Assembly (NCBI GenBank): GCA_910586905.1
Contig: CAJUIV010000001.1
Span: 61,081-125,080, forward strand
DNA length: 64,000 bases
Direction: 5' to 3'
DNA from: an uncultured Christensenellaceae bacterium
GTDB taxonomy: Bacteria; Bacillota; Clostridia; Christensenellales; CAG-314
Made by a program: the position numbers and the translations under genes
The notes under the pieces: generated by a model
Database searches by the model: none
What the model was told of the DNA's origin: nothing
The model's input: only the letters and a program-made list of their open reading frames with translations
In this document: positions 45,725 through 55,112 of the stretch, piece after piece
Numbering within the stretch: the first letter of the stretch is position 1
How the letters are laid out: every line of letters starts with the position of its first letter

Positions 45725-46831
45725 ATGAAAATAATCGTAAACAGTTTAGACCTCAACGACGCTGTAGCAAAAGTTTCAAAAGCTTTACCAAGTAAAGACG
45801 TCGCGCCCGTACTCGAATGTATAAAAATTACGGCTGAAAACGACAGACTTACTTTATACGCTACGGATAAGGACTTGGCGATAGAAAAAACTATCGACGC
45901 AAACGTTATCGTCGGCGGAGAATTTTTGGTTCCGGGAAGAATTTTCGGAGATTATATACGCAACATATCCGATAACGGAAGCGATATTTCGCTGGAAATA
46001 ACCGACGAAAACAGGCTGGTTATAAGTTCGGCGAACAGCGAATGTAACATAGGAATACTGGACGCGGACGATTATCCCGAAGTAGAATCGATAAACGGAG
46101 CGAGTTATTTTGCCGTACAGGAACTGAATTTAAAGGAAATTATAAACAACGTTATCTTTGCGGTTGCGACGGATGACAGCAGACCTATGCTTAAAGGGGT
46201 GCATTTCGAAGCTAAGGAATATACGTTATCCGCGGTTGCGACGGACGGATACCGTTTTGCGATGAGCAAAAAAGTATTGGAAGAAAAAGTCGACGAAATT
46301 TCCGCCACTATACCTTCCAGAAGTTTATCGGAACTATCCAAACTTCTCACCGACGGCGACAACGTTTTGAAAGTGTTTATCGAAAACAACTATTTGATGG
46401 TAGCTATGGAAAACACCAAGCTGTACACAAGGTTGCTCGGCGGACAATACATAAAGTACGACAATATCGTGCCTAAGGACTTTTTATCTACACTTCTTGT
46501 TGACAAGGAAACGTTTGAAAAAGCTCTCAACACCGCTTCTATTATGTCGCGCAGCGAAAAGAACAATTTGGTAGTATTCAATATCGAAGAATATAATATG
46601 AATATATCTTCGACGAGCCAATACGGAACGGCGAAAGAGAACGTTACCATTTCGCTTACCGGAAAGGACGTAAGATGCGCGTACAATTCCCGTTATATTA
46701 ACGATTGTTTAAAAGTTATAAACGCAGAAACAATACGTATGGAATTCGCTCAGCACAACAGCTGCGTTATAACTATCTACGAGAGCGACGAAGTACTTTA
46801 CTTCATATTGCCTGTCAAACAAATAGTATAA
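45725..46831 (+). CDS. dnaN: DNA polymerase III subunit beta
   Basis: 368-aa sliding clamp: MKIIVNSLDLNDAVAKVSKALPSK...PVLECIKI..., ...DSRPMLKGVHFE..., ATDGYRFA. AAGGAGAA Shine-Dalgarno. Confidence 0.95.
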   Translation: MKIIVNSLDLNDAVAKVSKALPSKDVAPVLECIKITAENDRLTLYATDKDLAIEKTIDANVIVGGEFLVPGRIFGDYIRNISDNGSDISLEITDENRLVISSANSECNIGILDADDYPEVESINGASYFAVQELNLKEIINNVIFAVATDDSRPMLKGVHFEAKEYTLSAVATDGYRFAMSKKVLEEKVDEISATIPSRSLSELSKLLTDGDNVLKVFIENNYLMVAMENTKLYTRLLGGQYIKYDNIVPKDFLSTLLVDKETFEKALNTASIMSRSEKNNLVVFNIEEYNMNISSTSQYGTAKENVTISLTGKDVRCAYNSRYINDCLKVINAETIRMEFAQHNSCVITIYESDEVLYFILPVKQIV

Positions 46832-46887
46832 AAAAAACGATAAGAAACCGCCTTGTTTTATCAAGGCGGTTTTAATATCTGTATTTA

Positions 46888-47535
46888 TTAAGCGCGCGCG
46901 TTTTGGGAACGGGCGAATTTTTGAGCTATAGTCGGCATATTGTAGGATTCCATCGACTGCAGCTTTAGGAGTATCGCGCCTTGTTTCGCTTTGCATAAAG
47001 GACATTCTTTCCACCCTTCTTCGCTTGTCGCCGCGTATCCGCAAGACGAGCAAACCCACGTTGTAGGAGAAGTTTTTTTGTAAAGAGAACCTTCTTTCAT
47101 CTGTTCGTACAATTCTAAAAATATCGCTTCGTGGTATTTTTCCACTTCGGCGGTTTGTTCGAACAGAATCGCTATATCTTCAAAGCCTTCTTTTCTTGCC
47201 GTTTTCGCAAACGCAAGATATACTTTGGCTTCGTTGTGTTCGTCTTCTGCGGAAAATTTTAAGTTATCCAAAATATCCCATTTTTCTTTAAACGGAAAAC
47301 CTGCGGTATATTCGATATTTTTGATAGGCTTATTTGACGCTTTTTGCAAATAAGTATAGTACATACGGGCGTGATTGAATTCCTGATAGGCGATAGTATC
47401 CACTATTTCCGCCATAGTTATATATCCTTCGTTACGCATTCCGTACTCGACGAATTCGTAACGCGTGCGCGCCTGCGTTTCGCCGGAATAGGCTTTTGCC
47501 AGATTAACGTACGTTTGACTTTCGATAAGTTCCAT
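46888..47535 (-). CDS. rubrerythrin
   Basis: Ferritin-like diiron domain (NLAKAYSGETQARTRYEF, EFNHA, EKYHE) plus a C-terminal rubredoxin-like WVCSSCGY...CPLC. Confidence 0.9.
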   Translation of the reverse strand: MELIESQTYVNLAKAYSGETQARTRYEFVEYGMRNEGYITMAEIVDTIAYQEFNHARMYYTYLQKASNKPIKNIEYTAGFPFKEKWDILDNLKFSAEDEHNEAKVYLAFAKTARKEGFEDIAILFEQTAEVEKYHEAIFLELYEQMKEGSLYKKTSPTTWVCSSCGYAATSEEGWKECPLCKAKQGAILLKLQSMESYNMPTIAQKFARSQNARA

Positions 47536-47867
47536 GTTGTTTGACTCCTTTTATATAAACTCTACTTTAAATATTGACCTTTTTATCGTATTTTAAACTA
47601 ACTGCGGCAAAGGGCGGCGGCAATTTTGTTGACGCAAACGAATACGGAATTTTTATATAATTCGGTTCTTTTTGGCAGAGAGTCTTTTTTGCATTTACGT
47701 TTGTTTGATTTTCGGCTTGCGCAACAAAACGTAACTCTTTCAGTTTTTAAAAGTAAGATAATATAAGAAAGGGAAATATAAATTCGACAGCATATTTCAA
47801 ATATTGAAGTAAAAAACGTTGTTAAATACTATTTATAATCTAAAATAATAAAAAGGAGATTTTGCCA

Positions 47868-48605
47868 ATGAACGAATACGAAGCGATATTCGCAAGAAAA
47901 TCCGTCAGAAAATATAACGGAGAACTGAAATTGAGCGAAGAAGAACTTGAGCTTATAAGGGACAAGCTAAACGGTTTAACGCCGTTAGTAGACGGTATAG
48001 AGGTAGAATTCGAGATAAAACCTTGCAAAGAAACGAACTGTAAATTTAACGCGCAGTATTGCGTTGTAGCCTATTCGCAGGAAAAAGAGCATTGGAAAGA
48101 AAACGTGGGATATAAACCGGCACAGTTGGATTTGTTTTTGCCCGCGATTAACGTCGGCGCGTGTTGGTACGGTATGGGAAGAGTTAAAGAAAAGTACGTT
48201 AACGGCAAACGGTACGCTATTATGTATTGTTTCGGCAAATGCGGAGAGCAGGATTTCCGTAGCCGCAAAGAAGAGTTTACGCGAAAGAAAACAGAGGAAA
48301 TTTGGAAAGGCGAATTTTTGGGCGGAGTTGCGGACGCGGTAAGGTTCGCGCCCAGCGCGTGTAACAGCCAGCCTTGGAGAGTCGTATACGAAGACGGGGG
48401 AACGGTTAAAGTTTACCGCGAAAAAAACACTGATAATATTTTGACGAGAACCCTGTCAAGATATTTTAACGGTTTCGATATGGGAATATTTATGTATATT
48501 TTCGAAACGGTTTTAAAACGCGAGGGATACGAATTTTCGCGCAAACTTTATCCCGAAAAAGACGGCAATCCCGTTTTGGCGGCAGAGTATACGTTAAAGC
48601 AATAA
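47868..48605 (+). CDS. nitroreductase-family protein
   Basis: IFARKSVRKY N-terminus and RFAPSACNSQPWR motif. The ATG at 47868 has AGGAG upstream; the listed 47862 is a TTG. Confidence 0.75.
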   Translation: MNEYEAIFARKSVRKYNGELKLSEEELELIRDKLNGLTPLVDGIEVEFEIKPCKETNCKFNAQYCVVAYSQEKEHWKENVGYKPAQLDLFLPAINVGACWYGMGRVKEKYVNGKRYAIMYCFGKCGEQDFRSRKEEFTRKKTEEIWKGEFLGGVADAVRFAPSACNSQPWRVVYEDGGTVKVYREKNTDNILTRTLSRYFNGFDMGIFMYIFETVLKREGYEFSRKLYPEKDGNPVLAAEYTLKQ

Positions 48606-48793
48606 AAGCGCTGCGAAAACGTTTGAATACGGCGGTATTTATTAACGCTATAAATGTTTAAAGGCAATAAATACGGATGCGTTTATAAATAGAAATATTT
48701 AGGACGCCGCACTTTGTATTGCCGAAACTTTAACGTTTAGACCGCGCGGCTACGGTTGCAAAAAAAATAATTTAAGTGTATAATGTTTTTACT

Positions 48794-50158
48794 ATGTTAA
48801 AGATAAACCAAATTTGGAATAATATCTTGCTGGAAACGGAAGCCAAAGTTTCGACGTTACAGTACGACTTGTATATCAATCAGCTGCAGCCTGTGGGAAT
48901 ATACCACGACAGGCTTATTTTGCTTGCCGAAACGCGCGCGCTTAAAAATATAGTAGACAATAACTACAAAGAAATAATAAAAAAATGCACTAACGTCGTT
49001 TTTCCGTCTATTATAGACATCGAAATAATAAACGAAAGCGATTTGGATAACGTAGGCAAAGTAGAAAAGGAAGTCGATTTGCCCGTCAGCAGCAGCTACG
49101 TTTCTATTGTGGAAGATAAAGCGGTATTCGTTTCGCAGTACACTTTCGACAACTTCGTAGTAGGAAAAAGCAACGCTTACGCCGAGGCTGTATCCAAAGC
49201 GGTAGCCGAAAACCCGGGAGTCAAATATAACCCCGTGTTTTTATGGGGAGGAGTAGGACTTGGAAAAACGCACTTGATGCATGCGATAGGAAATTCGCTG
49301 CAGCGCAATTTTCCCGAAAAGAAAATTATGTACGTTACCTGCGACCAGTTCGTTAACGAATTTATCGAATCGCTGCACGATACGACTAACCCAAACGCGA
49401 TGAAAAATTTTCGCAGCAAATACCGTAAGCTGGACGTGCTTATGATGGACGACGTGCAGTTCCTTGCCAACAAGGAAGGCACGCAGGAGGAAATGTTCCA
49501 TACCTTTAACGAGCTGTATCTGGCAGATAAGCAGATTATATTAAGCAGCGACCGCCCTCCCAAAGAGATTAAAATAGAAGAGCGTTTAAAAACGCGTTTC
49601 GCAACGGGCGTTATAGCCGATATTCAACCGCCTGATTTGGAAACGCGTATAGCGATTCTTCAAAAGAAATGCAACGCGAAAGGCTACAGTCTTAACATAA
49701 AAGTTCTAAGTTTGATAGCCGAAAAAATAACCAACAATATCCGCGAAATGGAAGGAATGCTAAACCGAATTATAAGCTACTCCACATTGGTCGGCGGCGA
49801 CCCAAACGATATGGGAATAGTTAACGACGCGCTCCGCGATTATGCCGACGCTTCCAGCGATATTATAACTATCGACCACGTGGTATCCGCAACGTGCGAG
49901 TATTTTCACGTAAAACGAGAGGACCTTATAGGTAAAAAGAAAAACAAAGAAATCGTCGTACCCAGACAAATTTGCATTTACCTTATATGCGATATTTTAG
50001 GACAAAGCGTGCCGCTCGTTTCTATCGGAGAGTATTTCGGCGGACGCGACCATACAACGGTTATGCACGCGCGTGATAAGATAAGCGAAGAGTGCAAGCA
50101 CAGCGACGTAACGGCTTCTCAGGTAAAAGACATTCGCGACAAAATTTATAACAGATAA
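48794..50158 (+). CDS. dnaA: chromosomal replication initiator protein DnaA
   Basis: AAA+ Walker A GGVGLGKTHLMHAIG, Walker B LMMDDVQF, C-terminal DnaA-box binding domain (RQICIYLI...FGGRDHTTVMHA). The ATG at 48794 is preferred over the GTG at 48776. Confidence 0.95.
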   Translation: MLKINQIWNNILLETEAKVSTLQYDLYINQLQPVGIYHDRLILLAETRALKNIVDNNYKEIIKKCTNVVFPSIIDIEIINESDLDNVGKVEKEVDLPVSSSYVSIVEDKAVFVSQYTFDNFVVGKSNAYAEAVSKAVAENPGVKYNPVFLWGGVGLGKTHLMHAIGNSLQRNFPEKKIMYVTCDQFVNEFIESLHDTTNPNAMKNFRSKYRKLDVLMMDDVQFLANKEGTQEEMFHTFNELYLADKQIILSSDRPPKEIKIEERLKTRFATGVIADIQPPDLETRIAILQKKCNAKGYSLNIKVLSLIAEKITNNIREMEGMLNRIISYSTLVGGDPNDMGIVNDALRDYADASSDIITIDHVVSATCEYFHVKREDLIGKKKNKEIVVPRQICIYLICDILGQSVPLVSIGEYFGGRDHTTVMHARDKISEECKHSDVTASQVKDIRDKIYNR

Positions 50159-50172
50159 AGTATTTTTCTCTA

Positions 50173-50203
50173 AGCGTTCGGACAAAATGTTCGGACGCTT
50201 TTT
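50173..50203 (+). terminator. rho-independent terminator after dnaA
   Basis: AGCGTTCGGAC-aaaat-GTTCGGACGCT (two G-U pairs) followed by TTTT. Confidence 0.65.
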
Positions 50204-50379
50204 GTATTGCGCCGCTTAAGCGGTTTAACGCCGTTTCTTGCGCAAAATATTCGTAATAAAATCGGTTTTCTTCTTAAAAACGATTTTAAAGATACGAAAA
50301 AAAGTCTTAAAAGATATTTCGTAAAATGAAAATATTTACGTTTTTATATTTTTTTTCACAAAAAAAACGTCATCGAATA

Positions 50380-50410
50380 TTGACAATGGGGGGGGGTATA
50401 GTGGTATACT
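50380..50410 (+). promoter_or_regulatory. promoter-like element with a G9 tract in the spacer
   Basis: TTGACA (50380-50385), AT, G9 (50388-50396), TATAGTGG, TATACT (50405-50410). The spacer to TATACT is 19 nt. Confidence 0.45.
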
Positions 50411-50440
50411 TGTTCTAACGTTATTCAAGGGAGAAAATAT

Positions 50441-51361
50441 ATGCGTAAAAACTTGAAAGAGTATTTTGAGCAGAACGGCTGCAAAATCGAGGGCAACTCC
50501 GCTTGCGGAGTTATAAACGGATACAGGGTAAACTACTCTACCGCTCCTATGGAAACAAACACCGTGCTGTTTTTTTCTTATTACGCGGCTGAGAACGACA
50601 GACAAAACATCGTAGACGCCTTAAAAATATTGGAAGACAAATTTACAAAGTATTCGTTTAACGTATACGGAGTAACGTTTTTGCTTAACGATTGGACGGG
50701 CGCCAAACTTGCGGAAAGAATTATGCGTACGATAGATACCGTTTGTAACGTGCTAACTAAAAACAACGCCAAGGGCGCGGAGTATTGTCCTATATGCGGC
50801 AAACAGCTGAACGACAGCGAAGCGCAGCTCCGAAAAATCGACGGGTTCTACGTCGCTATCGACGAAGAGTGCGTAAATTCGTTAAACGAAAGAATCGAAC
50901 AATCCAATCAAGAATTCGAATCCGCTCCAAACAATTATTTAAAAGGCTTCGGCGGAGCGCTTATAGGCGGACTTGCGGGAGTCGCCGTAGCGGTTATTTT
51001 AAATTTGATTGGCTTTATTTCCGCAATATCGTCTTTCGTGGCGTTTTTCGTTGGAATTTTGCTTTACCGCAAATTCGGCGGAAAGCCTAACAAAATGATG
51101 TTGGTTATAGTTACGTCGACGACTTTCGTTTGTATGGTGCTGTCCATAATCGGCATATACGTTTTCGTAGCCGGACAAGCCGCAGTTGAACAGGGCGCAA
51201 ATATGAGCGCGTTTAAAGCGTTTTCCGTATGTATGCAGGACGAGGAATTTGCAAGATATTTTTACGCCGATTTGGCAATGACTATTTTATTTTCGGTTTT
51301 AGGATGCGTATTCGAAATCGTTAAAACGGCGCGTAATATAAAGCGCGCGACAAAAATATAG
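50441..51361 (+). CDS. hypothetical membrane protein (soluble N-terminal domain with a CPICG zinc-ribbon-like knuckle, 3-4 C-terminal TM helices)
   Basis: 306-aa ORF with GGGAGA Shine-Dalgarno. Hydrophobic segments GGALIGGLAGVAVAVILNLIGFI, FVAFFVGILLY and MMLVIVTSTTFVCMVLSIIGIYVFV. Confidence 0.45.
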   Translation: MRKNLKEYFEQNGCKIEGNSACGVINGYRVNYSTAPMETNTVLFFSYYAAENDRQNIVDALKILEDKFTKYSFNVYGVTFLLNDWTGAKLAERIMRTIDTVCNVLTKNNAKGAEYCPICGKQLNDSEAQLRKIDGFYVAIDEECVNSLNERIEQSNQEFESAPNNYLKGFGGALIGGLAGVAVAVILNLIGFISAISSFVAFFVGILLYRKFGGKPNKMMLVIVTSTTFVCMVLSIIGIYVFVAGQAAVEQGANMSAFKAFSVCMQDEEFARYFYADLAMTILFSVLGCVFEIVKTARNIKRATKI

Positions 51362-51424
51362 CCGAGTTGTAAATAAAAATGCGGAATATTTAATAGTTAC
51401 GCTATTTTAAATCAAAATAAAAAA

Positions 51425-51457
51425 AGCGTTCGGGTCGATTGATTCGAACGCTTTTTG
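51425..51457. terminator. bidirectional terminator
   Basis: AGCGTTCG-loop-CGAACGCT flanked by A5 and T5. Confidence 0.7.
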
Positions 51458-51468
51458 TTTACTCAGTC

Positions 51469-52431
51469 TTAAATTTTAAAGGTAAGTTCTTCCGGTTTGT
51501 TTTCGTCGGAAATCTGAGTCGCCGCGGCAAGATACTGCGCTTGGTCTACGGACGGAATTATAACGGAAGGGTAATTTGTAGCGATGCGCATATCGCACTC
51601 TTCAAAATACTTTTCGTAAGCGGCAGTAAGCATTTTGTTGTATATTTGTTTTTGTTCTTCGGTAGGTTTTTCAAACGAATATGCGCCGTTAACTTTCCAG
51701 CTGTTGAACCATCCAGTTTTTATGGCGTTTCGTCCGCAAAGCTGCGCGCAGCGCATACACATAAGACAGTTGCCGCCGAATTTAAATTTGCCGTCCTCGA
51801 TTGTTATATTGTGAGTAGGACAAATTTTTACGCATTTGTTGCAGTGTACGCAGTTCTCGTCTACTTTGTAATGTTTGCCGTTGAATCTGCCTCCCCAGTG
51901 TTCGCAGCGCATAACCCACGCTATAAAACTTCCCATAAGAACCGTATCCAAACGATGTTCTACGTTTTGCTTTATTTCCTTTACGTCCAAAGGAATAAGA
52001 AGCTTCGCGGTAGACCACATCTTGTACGCCATCGCGTCGGAGTGGCGGAATATCATATTGTACGGCATACAGTAGTGATATTCGTTTGTAACTTCGAAGT
52101 TACGAGCTTTAAGCAGTTTAACCGTACGTAAAGAAGAAATATTGTTAAGCTTTAGCGGCTCTCCGGAAGTATTGAAAATAAACGTTTTCGTTTTGTTTTT
52201 CGCTTGGGGAAGTTTTTTACAAAAATTCAAAACGATCGACGGCGCGTTAAACGCGTGGACGGGATAGCCGATGCCGAGCATATCGAAATCGTTTACGTCG
52301 AACGTAAATTCGTTTTCCATACGGAAAAGTGTAACGTCGTCTTTATATTCCGTTTTAAATACTTCGGCAAAGCGCTCCGCCGCTTTCTGCGTGTTGCCCG
52401 TGCCGGAAAAATAACAAATCAGTATTTTCAT
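51469..52431 (-). CDS. EFR1-family ferredoxin (flavodoxin-like domain plus 2x[4Fe-4S] motif)
   Basis: MKILICYFSGTGNTQKAAE flavodoxin-like N-terminus. CVHCNKCVKICP and CLMCMRCAQLCG cluster motifs. Confidence 0.7.
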   Translation of the reverse strand: MKILICYFSGTGNTQKAAERFAEVFKTEYKDDVTLFRMENEFTFDVNDFDMLGIGYPVHAFNAPSIVLNFCKKLPQAKNKTKTFIFNTSGEPLKLNNISSLRTVKLLKARNFEVTNEYHYCMPYNMIFRHSDAMAYKMWSTAKLLIPLDVKEIKQNVEHRLDTVLMGSFIAWVMRCEHWGGRFNGKHYKVDENCVHCNKCVKICPTHNITIEDGKFKFGGNCLMCMRCAQLCGRNAIKTGWFNSWKVNGAYSFEKPTEEQKQIYNKMLTAAYEKYFEECDMRIATNYPSVIIPSVDQAQYLAAATQISDENKPEELTFKI

Positions 52432-52432
52432 T

Positions 52433-53965
52433 TTAACCTTTTATCTTTTCGTAGTGAGCTTGAAATTTGTCGTCGTAGTAATAAAAATTATTTTCTTCTT
52501 TGTCGTGGCTGTCGTACCAAACGTCGGCGTAGATTTTGTCTTTTTTGGCCAGACGGTCGAAGTCCCAGCAATAATCGACGTAACTTTTGTTGAACCAATG
52601 TCCCGCAAGAACGGTGGTACCCTTAGCGGAAAAATGTTCGCCGTCGGAGTTTTCCCATTGTAATAAGTCGGTTATTTCTCCCTTTTGAGTTAGCAGTTTG
52701 CCGCCGTGAAGTTCGGCGATATGTTTAAGAGTCGAGAAAGTTATTTCTTCGTCTGCGCCGTATCCTATTTTCGGAAGTACCGCGTTTTCGCGGTTTTTAA
52801 GTTCGTTATACTCGATACGGTTTCCGTTTTTGTCTTTGTTGTCTTTTAAAAGATAGAAACCGTCCCATTTTCTTCCCAACTTTTCGTATTCTTCCGTTCC
52901 GCCGAAATACGCGAGCATTTTGGCTTCGTCGTTGTGCTTGTACCAATATTTGACGCTGTTGGGGCTGCTAAATAATTTCATTATAGCCAAACGCTTTATC
53001 CATCTTTTGGGGACGATTTTTCCCGCTTTCATTATACTGTGCGTCTTTTTGAATTTTGTCCAAAAATCTGCCGTCGTTTGGCGTTGGTAGCAAAACATAT
53101 CGTCTAGAACTTTGCTGTCGTAAAACCACAGTCCGTGGAAATTGCGCGTCGCGTTGAAATTCGGCTCGAAAAAGTTTTTCACGTTGCCGCCAATAATTTC
53201 GAAACCGTCGTTTAAGACGTCGTAACCGATAACGCAATTATCGATTCCTCCGCCTAAGTTAAACACTTTACCCCAAAACTTTTGTCCGAGGCTGTTTTGG
53301 ATATCCTGACGCAAAATATTTGCTATAAGCAGTCCCGAGTCTTCCGCCGTAGCCCATTCTAAGGGAGCGTTAAAGCATGTGTGGAACATAAGTCCGTCGC
53401 TCATATTATCGCTTAGCATATTTTCGTGAAGCATTGCCGTTTGGCGGATTACGGCTTTTGTTTTTACGCCGCTTTCGAGTACTTTAAACTCTCCGCGCAT
53501 TTTTGTTAACGAATACAAATCAAACGGGCTTATAAGCAAAGGGTCGCCCACTCTGCCCCACATATGTTTTTCGTTACGGTTTCCGTACAAAGCCATCGTG
53601 GAGATATGGATAAGTTTAGGCTGAGGTTCTGCGCGCTCGATAACGTCCAACAATACGCCCACGCCTTTTTCGTTGCATTCAATCGCAAGTTCCGGGTGCT
53701 GGTCTGAGTGAGGAGGAATAACCGCTGCCATATTGACTACGTATTCCACTCCTTCTACAAGGCGCTCGCACGCGGCTTTATCCGCAATGCTGCCGAATAT
53801 TATTTCTATACGGTTTTTATCTTTTTTGTGTAAGCGTTTAATTTGTTTTACCCGTTTGTCGTTGGGAAGAATAAGAAGTTTATATTCCGTATCGGGTATT
53901 TTAAGGCATTCGTTCAGCGCCTGTTTGCCCATGTTACCCGTAACTCCCGTAAGAGCTATTTTCAT
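52433..53965 (-). CDS. NAD-dependent epimerase/dehydratase-family (extended SDR) protein fused to a ~200-aa uncharacterised C-terminal domain
   Basis: MKIALTGVTGNMGKQAL Rossmann motif. AGGAGA lies 9 nt upstream of the ATG at 53965. The stop is 1 nt from the EFR1 start. Confidence 0.65.
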   Translation of the reverse strand: MKIALTGVTGNMGKQALNECLKIPDTEYKLLILPNDKRVKQIKRLHKKDKNRIEIIFGSIADKAACERLVEGVEYVVNMAAVIPPHSDQHPELAIECNEKGVGVLLDVIERAEPQPKLIHISTMALYGNRNEKHMWGRVGDPLLISPFDLYSLTKMRGEFKVLESGVKTKAVIRQTAMLHENMLSDNMSDGLMFHTCFNAPLEWATAEDSGLLIANILRQDIQNSLGQKFWGKVFNLGGGIDNCVIGYDVLNDGFEIIGGNVKNFFEPNFNATRNFHGLWFYDSKVLDDMFCYQRQTTADFWTKFKKTHSIMKAGKIVPKRWIKRLAIMKLFSSPNSVKYWYKHNDEAKMLAYFGGTEEYEKLGRKWDGFYLLKDNKDKNGNRIEYNELKNRENAVLPKIGYGADEEITFSTLKHIAELHGGKLLTQKGEITDLLQWENSDGEHFSAKGTTVLAGHWFNKSYVDYCWDFDRLAKKDKIYADVWYDSHDKEENNFYYYDDKFQAHYEKIKG

Positions 53966-54353
53966 CGGTTCGTTTCTCCTTTTGATAGTATGCGGTAAAA
54001 AAACGGTTTTTTTGCGTTTTTTCATCTACCGCAAAATACCCATAATAATTCATTATACAATTATTTTAAGTTTAAATCAAGACAAACTCGACACAAACCT
54101 ACCATAAAAAGATAAAATTTAAGTAAACTGCGTAGCTTAAAGAAAAAATCATAAAAAATAAATACGGTAGCCAGTGTTCTTAAATAATCCGTAACCCCCG
54201 TTTCTATATGCAGAAATACAGTATAAAACAATTTATCCAGACACGCTAAACGAGCGCTTTGCCTAGACGCCCTTCTCAGCCGAAACGAGAAAAAATGATT
54301 TGCTTAAGAAATCTGTTGTTAGTTCGTTATTTAAGCGGTGAGTTTTGATTCGT

Positions 54354-54620
54354 TTATTTTTTTATCTCGCCGTTTACAGTGTTTTCGGTTATTTTTATAT
54401 CTCGGTTGAATTGGTCTAGACAAAGTATTTTGTTGGCGTCTAAATCCAGTACGGCGCATATGTTTGCAAAAGTTTCGATAGACGGCATAGAGCGTCCCGA
54501 AAAGTATTGCGAAATCGACGGCTGTATTTTCCCTGAATTATTCGCTGATTCCGTCTGCGGCATTCCGCTCTCTTTTATTGCCTTGTTTAATCGTTCTCGA
54601 ATTTGATTTTTCTTTATCAT
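54354..54620 (-). CDS. XRE-family helix-turn-helix transcriptional regulator
   Basis: IRERLNKAIKESGMPQTESANNSGKIQPSISQYFSGRSMPSIETFANICAVLDLDANKIL. Confidence 0.75.
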   Translation of the reverse strand: MIKKNQIRERLNKAIKESGMPQTESANNSGKIQPSISQYFSGRSMPSIETFANICAVLDLDANKILCLDQFNRDIKITENTVNGEIKK

Positions 54621-54671
54621 AATTCTATGTACTTCGAGTTAAAGTAATATATTAAATATATTTTATTACAG

Positions 54672-54701
54672 TTGACAATAGAACGCTTTACTTATTGTCA
54701 A
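54672..54701. promoter_or_regulatory. perfect 9-bp inverted repeat (operator-like) in a divergent regulatory region
   Basis: TTGACAATA-N12-TATTGTCAA, between the XRE gene and the disrupted divergent ORF. Confidence 0.45.
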
Positions 54702-54771
54702 TAACAATAATTATTTTATATTGGCAGACTCCATTTGACTTTATTGCAATACAGTCAGAGGAACACCGCAA

Positions 54772-54994
54772 ATGAAAAAGAACTCTTTAATAACAGATAT
54801 GTTCGAGATAAGGAAAGAGAATATTATCAATATTTCGGATTCTTTTATATTTACAGAACGGATTGAATATACCCATTGACGATGTATTAGAAGAAAACGT
54901 AAGTAGGTATAACTTTACCGAAACACAAAAAAAGTTAGTAAATCAATGTTTAAGCTTGAACGAAGACGAGTCTAAGATGTTACTTGCAATGTAA
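54772..54994 (+). pseudogene. probable frameshifted or deleted XRE-type regulator gene
   Basis: ATG with AGAGGAA Shine-Dalgarno gives MKKNSLITDMFEIRKENIINISDSF...*. A second frame continues ...NGLNIPIDDVLEEN...TETQKKLVNQCLSLNEDESKMLLAM*, which resembles the C-terminal part of small HTH_3 proteins. Confidence 0.3.
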
Positions 54995-55112
54995 AAGCTT
55001 TAAAGGAGAAAAGGTATTAGATGAGTTGTTCATAGAGCTGACAGAGTTTTACAATACCCCGTCAGGTTTTTTTTAAAGTGCGTATTAAAGGCTTGTTTTA
55101 TTTCGGTTTAAA

